A DNA stretch of 64,000 nucleotides, from assembly GCA_036172245.1 (NCBI GenBank), contig JAYWIR010000003.1:4588001-4652000 (forward strand), read 5' to 3'. This document shows positions 61,077-64,000 of the stretch, one piece after another (position 1 is the stretch's first letter; the number at the start of each line of letters is the position of its first letter). Position numbers and translations under genes: made by a program. The notes below the pieces were generated by a model that saw only the letters and a list, made by a program, of their open reading frames with translations, searched no databases and was not told the DNA's origin. The stretch comes from Raillietiella orientalis. Its lineage: Eukaryota.

Positions 61077-63230
61077 ATGGGGGCGTATAAGTATATGCAA
61101 GAATTGTACAGAAAAAAACAATCAGATGTTATGCGCTATCTGCTGAGAATCAGGACATGGCATTATAGGCAATTGACAAAATGCCACCGTGCTCCAAGAC
61201 CCAGTCGACCAGACAAAGCAAGAATGTTAGGTTACAGGGCTAAACAAGGTGAATTTGATGATTGTATTCGTATTTTTGTGCCCACATGAATTCCAGATTG
61301 CTACAGAATGATCTTATCCTGCATTTGTTTTCCTTTTGGTATTCTATGTTATGTTGCAATGAAAAAAGTTCATTTTATGAATAGTGCAGATATTTCATTC
61401 CGCAATCTCACAATAGATTGCAAAATGAAATATTTGCAATCAACAGAAACCTAATCTATTGTATGATTAATGTTCGATAGAAATACGCACTTTGATTTGC
61501 ATATCAGATGCAAGTGTGCATTCTGTAGTGCTGTTTTGGAAATCGTGGCCATCAAAGGGTTAGGGGCTTATTTGTCAAATATTGATCGAAGCTTATATTA
61601 AAAGCAAGATCTCACATTAAAACATTTTGTGTGGAATGTTTCTGTGTTACTTGGAAGTCTGTGTATTTGGTTTCTAACTTATGTATCGTAACTTTCGTAA
61701 ATGGCAATAGAAGGACATTTTTCAGTTATTTCTTTGTCATAAAGATTTCATTTTGTTTTGAAATATTGTTTCATAGCACTTGTATGTATCCTGAGACAAC
61801 TTTTATTGCAATGTGAGTTGCAGGTGCACTCTATGAATTGAAGTTGCATGGTTATGTTCATTTTACCTAACTAATGTTAAATTGTTAGAAATAAATTGCA
61901 TCCAGATCCTTATTTCGAAATTAGTCAAGTCGTTGTTGCATTCCCGAGTTAAGTGGATATTTTTTGATTCTGGATTCTCGAGTTGCTGATTCTTGCACAC
62001 ATTTTTAAAGGAGCATGCCACATGTAATAAGATGTTAAAAGTGAAAGTTTTTTTATTTCTTTCCGTTGAGTCACGGATCATTGCCTAATTATGTTTATCA
62101 CCAAACAATTCTACTTCATATTTCATTATCGTTAAATGCTGGTTTCAGTTTAGTTGCAAACATTTGTGTCAGCTAAAGCAAGTTGCTGTTGAAACTGGAA
62201 TTGTATGCCCTTTCTCAGTTTTTGTTCTCGTTTTTTAAGAATTGTGCAAAAGCAAGCAAATTTTAGCACAGTGTCACTTAAAAAATCAAAAAGTAGCATA
62301 CAATTGACTACTTGTTTGATTTTCAATAAGTCAACTACACGCATGTTTGCAACTCTCAACCATAGTAAAATATTGTTTAATGATCATTGGTAATAATGCA
62401 AAAATTTGATTATTTGATCCCTAGCACCGAGATTAAGAAAAAGTGCTGCAAGGATGTATTTTTGAACTTATTTCATCTTTGTTTTACATAAATTTAGTTG
62501 GCTGTGGTGAATGCAATTTCATGTGAGAAATTCGCTTATGATTGTTTGCACTTAAAATGTACGTTTTTAGTAGTCAAAATATTGAATTAATTCTTATAAT
62601 ATGAAAGCCAAGTACTGTTTCAAAAATAGGTGTGACAAAGATGTGTAGATCCATTGTTTTAGGAGTTGTTGTGTCTGATTCAAGTCTTACTGTGCTCTTC
62701 CAGGATATGTGATATATCGGATTCGTGTAAGGCGTGGTGGTCGTAAGAAGCAAGTTCCCAAGGGATGCACCTATAGCAAGCCTAAGCATCATGGAGTTAA
62801 CCAGTTAAAGCCTGTGAGAAACCTGCAAGCTGTTGCTGAGGTAATGCATAAGCACGTATGAAAATTTGCTCATGCTTATCCAGGAACGAGTGGGTCGTCG
62901 ATGTGGAGCATTAAGGGTGCTGAATTCATACTGGGTTGGTCAGGATTCCACATACAAATATTACGAAGTTATTCTGATTGATCCATTCCACAAGGTAGAG
63001 TAGAAGAAAATTTCTTGCTGATGATGTTTTTGCAGACGATTCGCCGTGACCCCAATTCTCAATGGATCTGTAAGCCTGTTCACAAACATCGGGAAATGCG
63101 AGGGAAGACCTCTGCTGGTAGAAAATCGAGGGGGCTTGGTAAGGGTCATCGCTACAGTCAAACTATTGGTGGTTCAAGAAGGGCTGCCTGGAAGAGACGC
63201 AATACATTGTCACTGCGCAGAAAGCGCTAA
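61077..63230 (+). CDS. RPL15: 60S ribosomal protein L15 (eL15); introns 61249-62703, 62841-62883, 62995-63035
   Basis: [26 protein letters not shown]...[34 protein letters not shown]...[28 protein letters not shown]...[23 protein letters not shown]...NTLSLRRKR*. Confidence 0.98.
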
Positions 63231-64000
63231 GTGCTGGTTAAAAAAAATAATTATGATTCTTAGTTCTACTCATTTGCAGAGCATCTACGATGCATCTTTT
63301 ACCTTAAATTGGGAATTGGAATTGTTTGGGGGGAGAACATCATGACCAGAGTGATTTGGGCATTCGTGTTTAAGCATTTTGCATCATCTGAGCAATGCTA
63401 CTGCCCATGCAAATATGTCGTTATGAAATTGTTTTAGGAGTGGAGTTTGAAGAGCTATTCATTATGTTGAAGTTAGAGGAATTCATCTTTAAACCATAAG
63501 GCTAATAATATGGGTGAATGAAGTAATGTTTTTTGGGTAGTAATGTAAGGAAACGCGTTCATAAAACAAGTAGTTCATAAAACGTGCAAATTGTAAAAAT
63601 CATTTGGAAGGATATTTTTTTTTCATTACTGTAAGGGAATGTGAGGCAGGCTAAGGATTGGAATAGTTTTGTGCAGACTTGAAAGCTGCATCACACACAA
63701 ATCGTTTGTGACATTTGTGACTGCATCATTACAGGCAATCAAAAATGGGGAAGTGTGTTCTAAAGTGCAGGAGTTGTTACTCCTGCGCTCATCGTGTTGA
63801 GTATGTGAGAAAACTTTTTTAAAAAGTTACGCGGAGTGTGTGGCTGAAAATGAGCATTTTTTTTCCAAAAAGATGTTGACTGTTCCTTACACCGTAAAAT
63901 TCCAACAAATTCGAAGAGTTCCATCATCACCGTCAGACTCTTTCCCATCGCCCTTGCTGTTTACCGTGCCCTGATCAATTTGAAAGTGGTTTAGCATGCT

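Noticed and set aside
61249..62703. Search for an intronic snoRNA in the long RPL15 intron
   Set aside because: TGATGA near 61256 has no suitably spaced CTGA or terminal stem; H/ACA RNAs cannot be judged by eye.
63890..64000. Minus-strand DGDDGTLRICW resembling a WD40 repeat end
   Set aside because: Too short and at the window edge.
1..64000. CRISPR arrays, prokaryotic operons or defence systems, nuclear tRNA/snRNA genes, hammerhead ribozymes
   Set aside because: None seen. The DNA is eukaryotic, and the CTGATGA occurrences I checked lack the paired stems and GAAA core.

Overview
Eukaryotic nuclear DNA from an invertebrate, probably an ecdysozoan or arthropod (inferred from a jumu-like FoxN1/4, a T-arm-less mitochondrial tRNA and Rickettsiales-like fragments; the species cannot be fixed from sequence alone). 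Eight conserved spliced genes were reconstructed by hand: hyccin/FAM126, CHMP4/Snf7, PSMD6/Rpn7, RAD23, FoxN1/4, ataxin-10, BTF3 and RPL15. Thirty of their 35 introns are only 38-54 nt. The window also holds an intronless, divergent BTG/Tob gene and an orphan coiled-coil ORF. Foreign or mobile DNA includes a decayed Utopia/NeSL-type non-LTR retrotransposon, hAT and possible LINE remnants, a mitochondrial insertion (trnV plus 12S rRNA), and a short patch of bacterial gene scraps (ybaB/ebfC and rpoH, Wolbachia-like). The most interesting signals are the bacterial patchwork, an operon-like hyccin-CHMP4 pair, a gene-body CpG-decay signature (shown directly by two copies of one repeat, one probably intronic and one intergenic), and a perfect 29-bp-arm palindrome among several smaller ones. 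No complete novel multi-gene system can be demonstrated. All family calls are motif recognition by eye, not database results.
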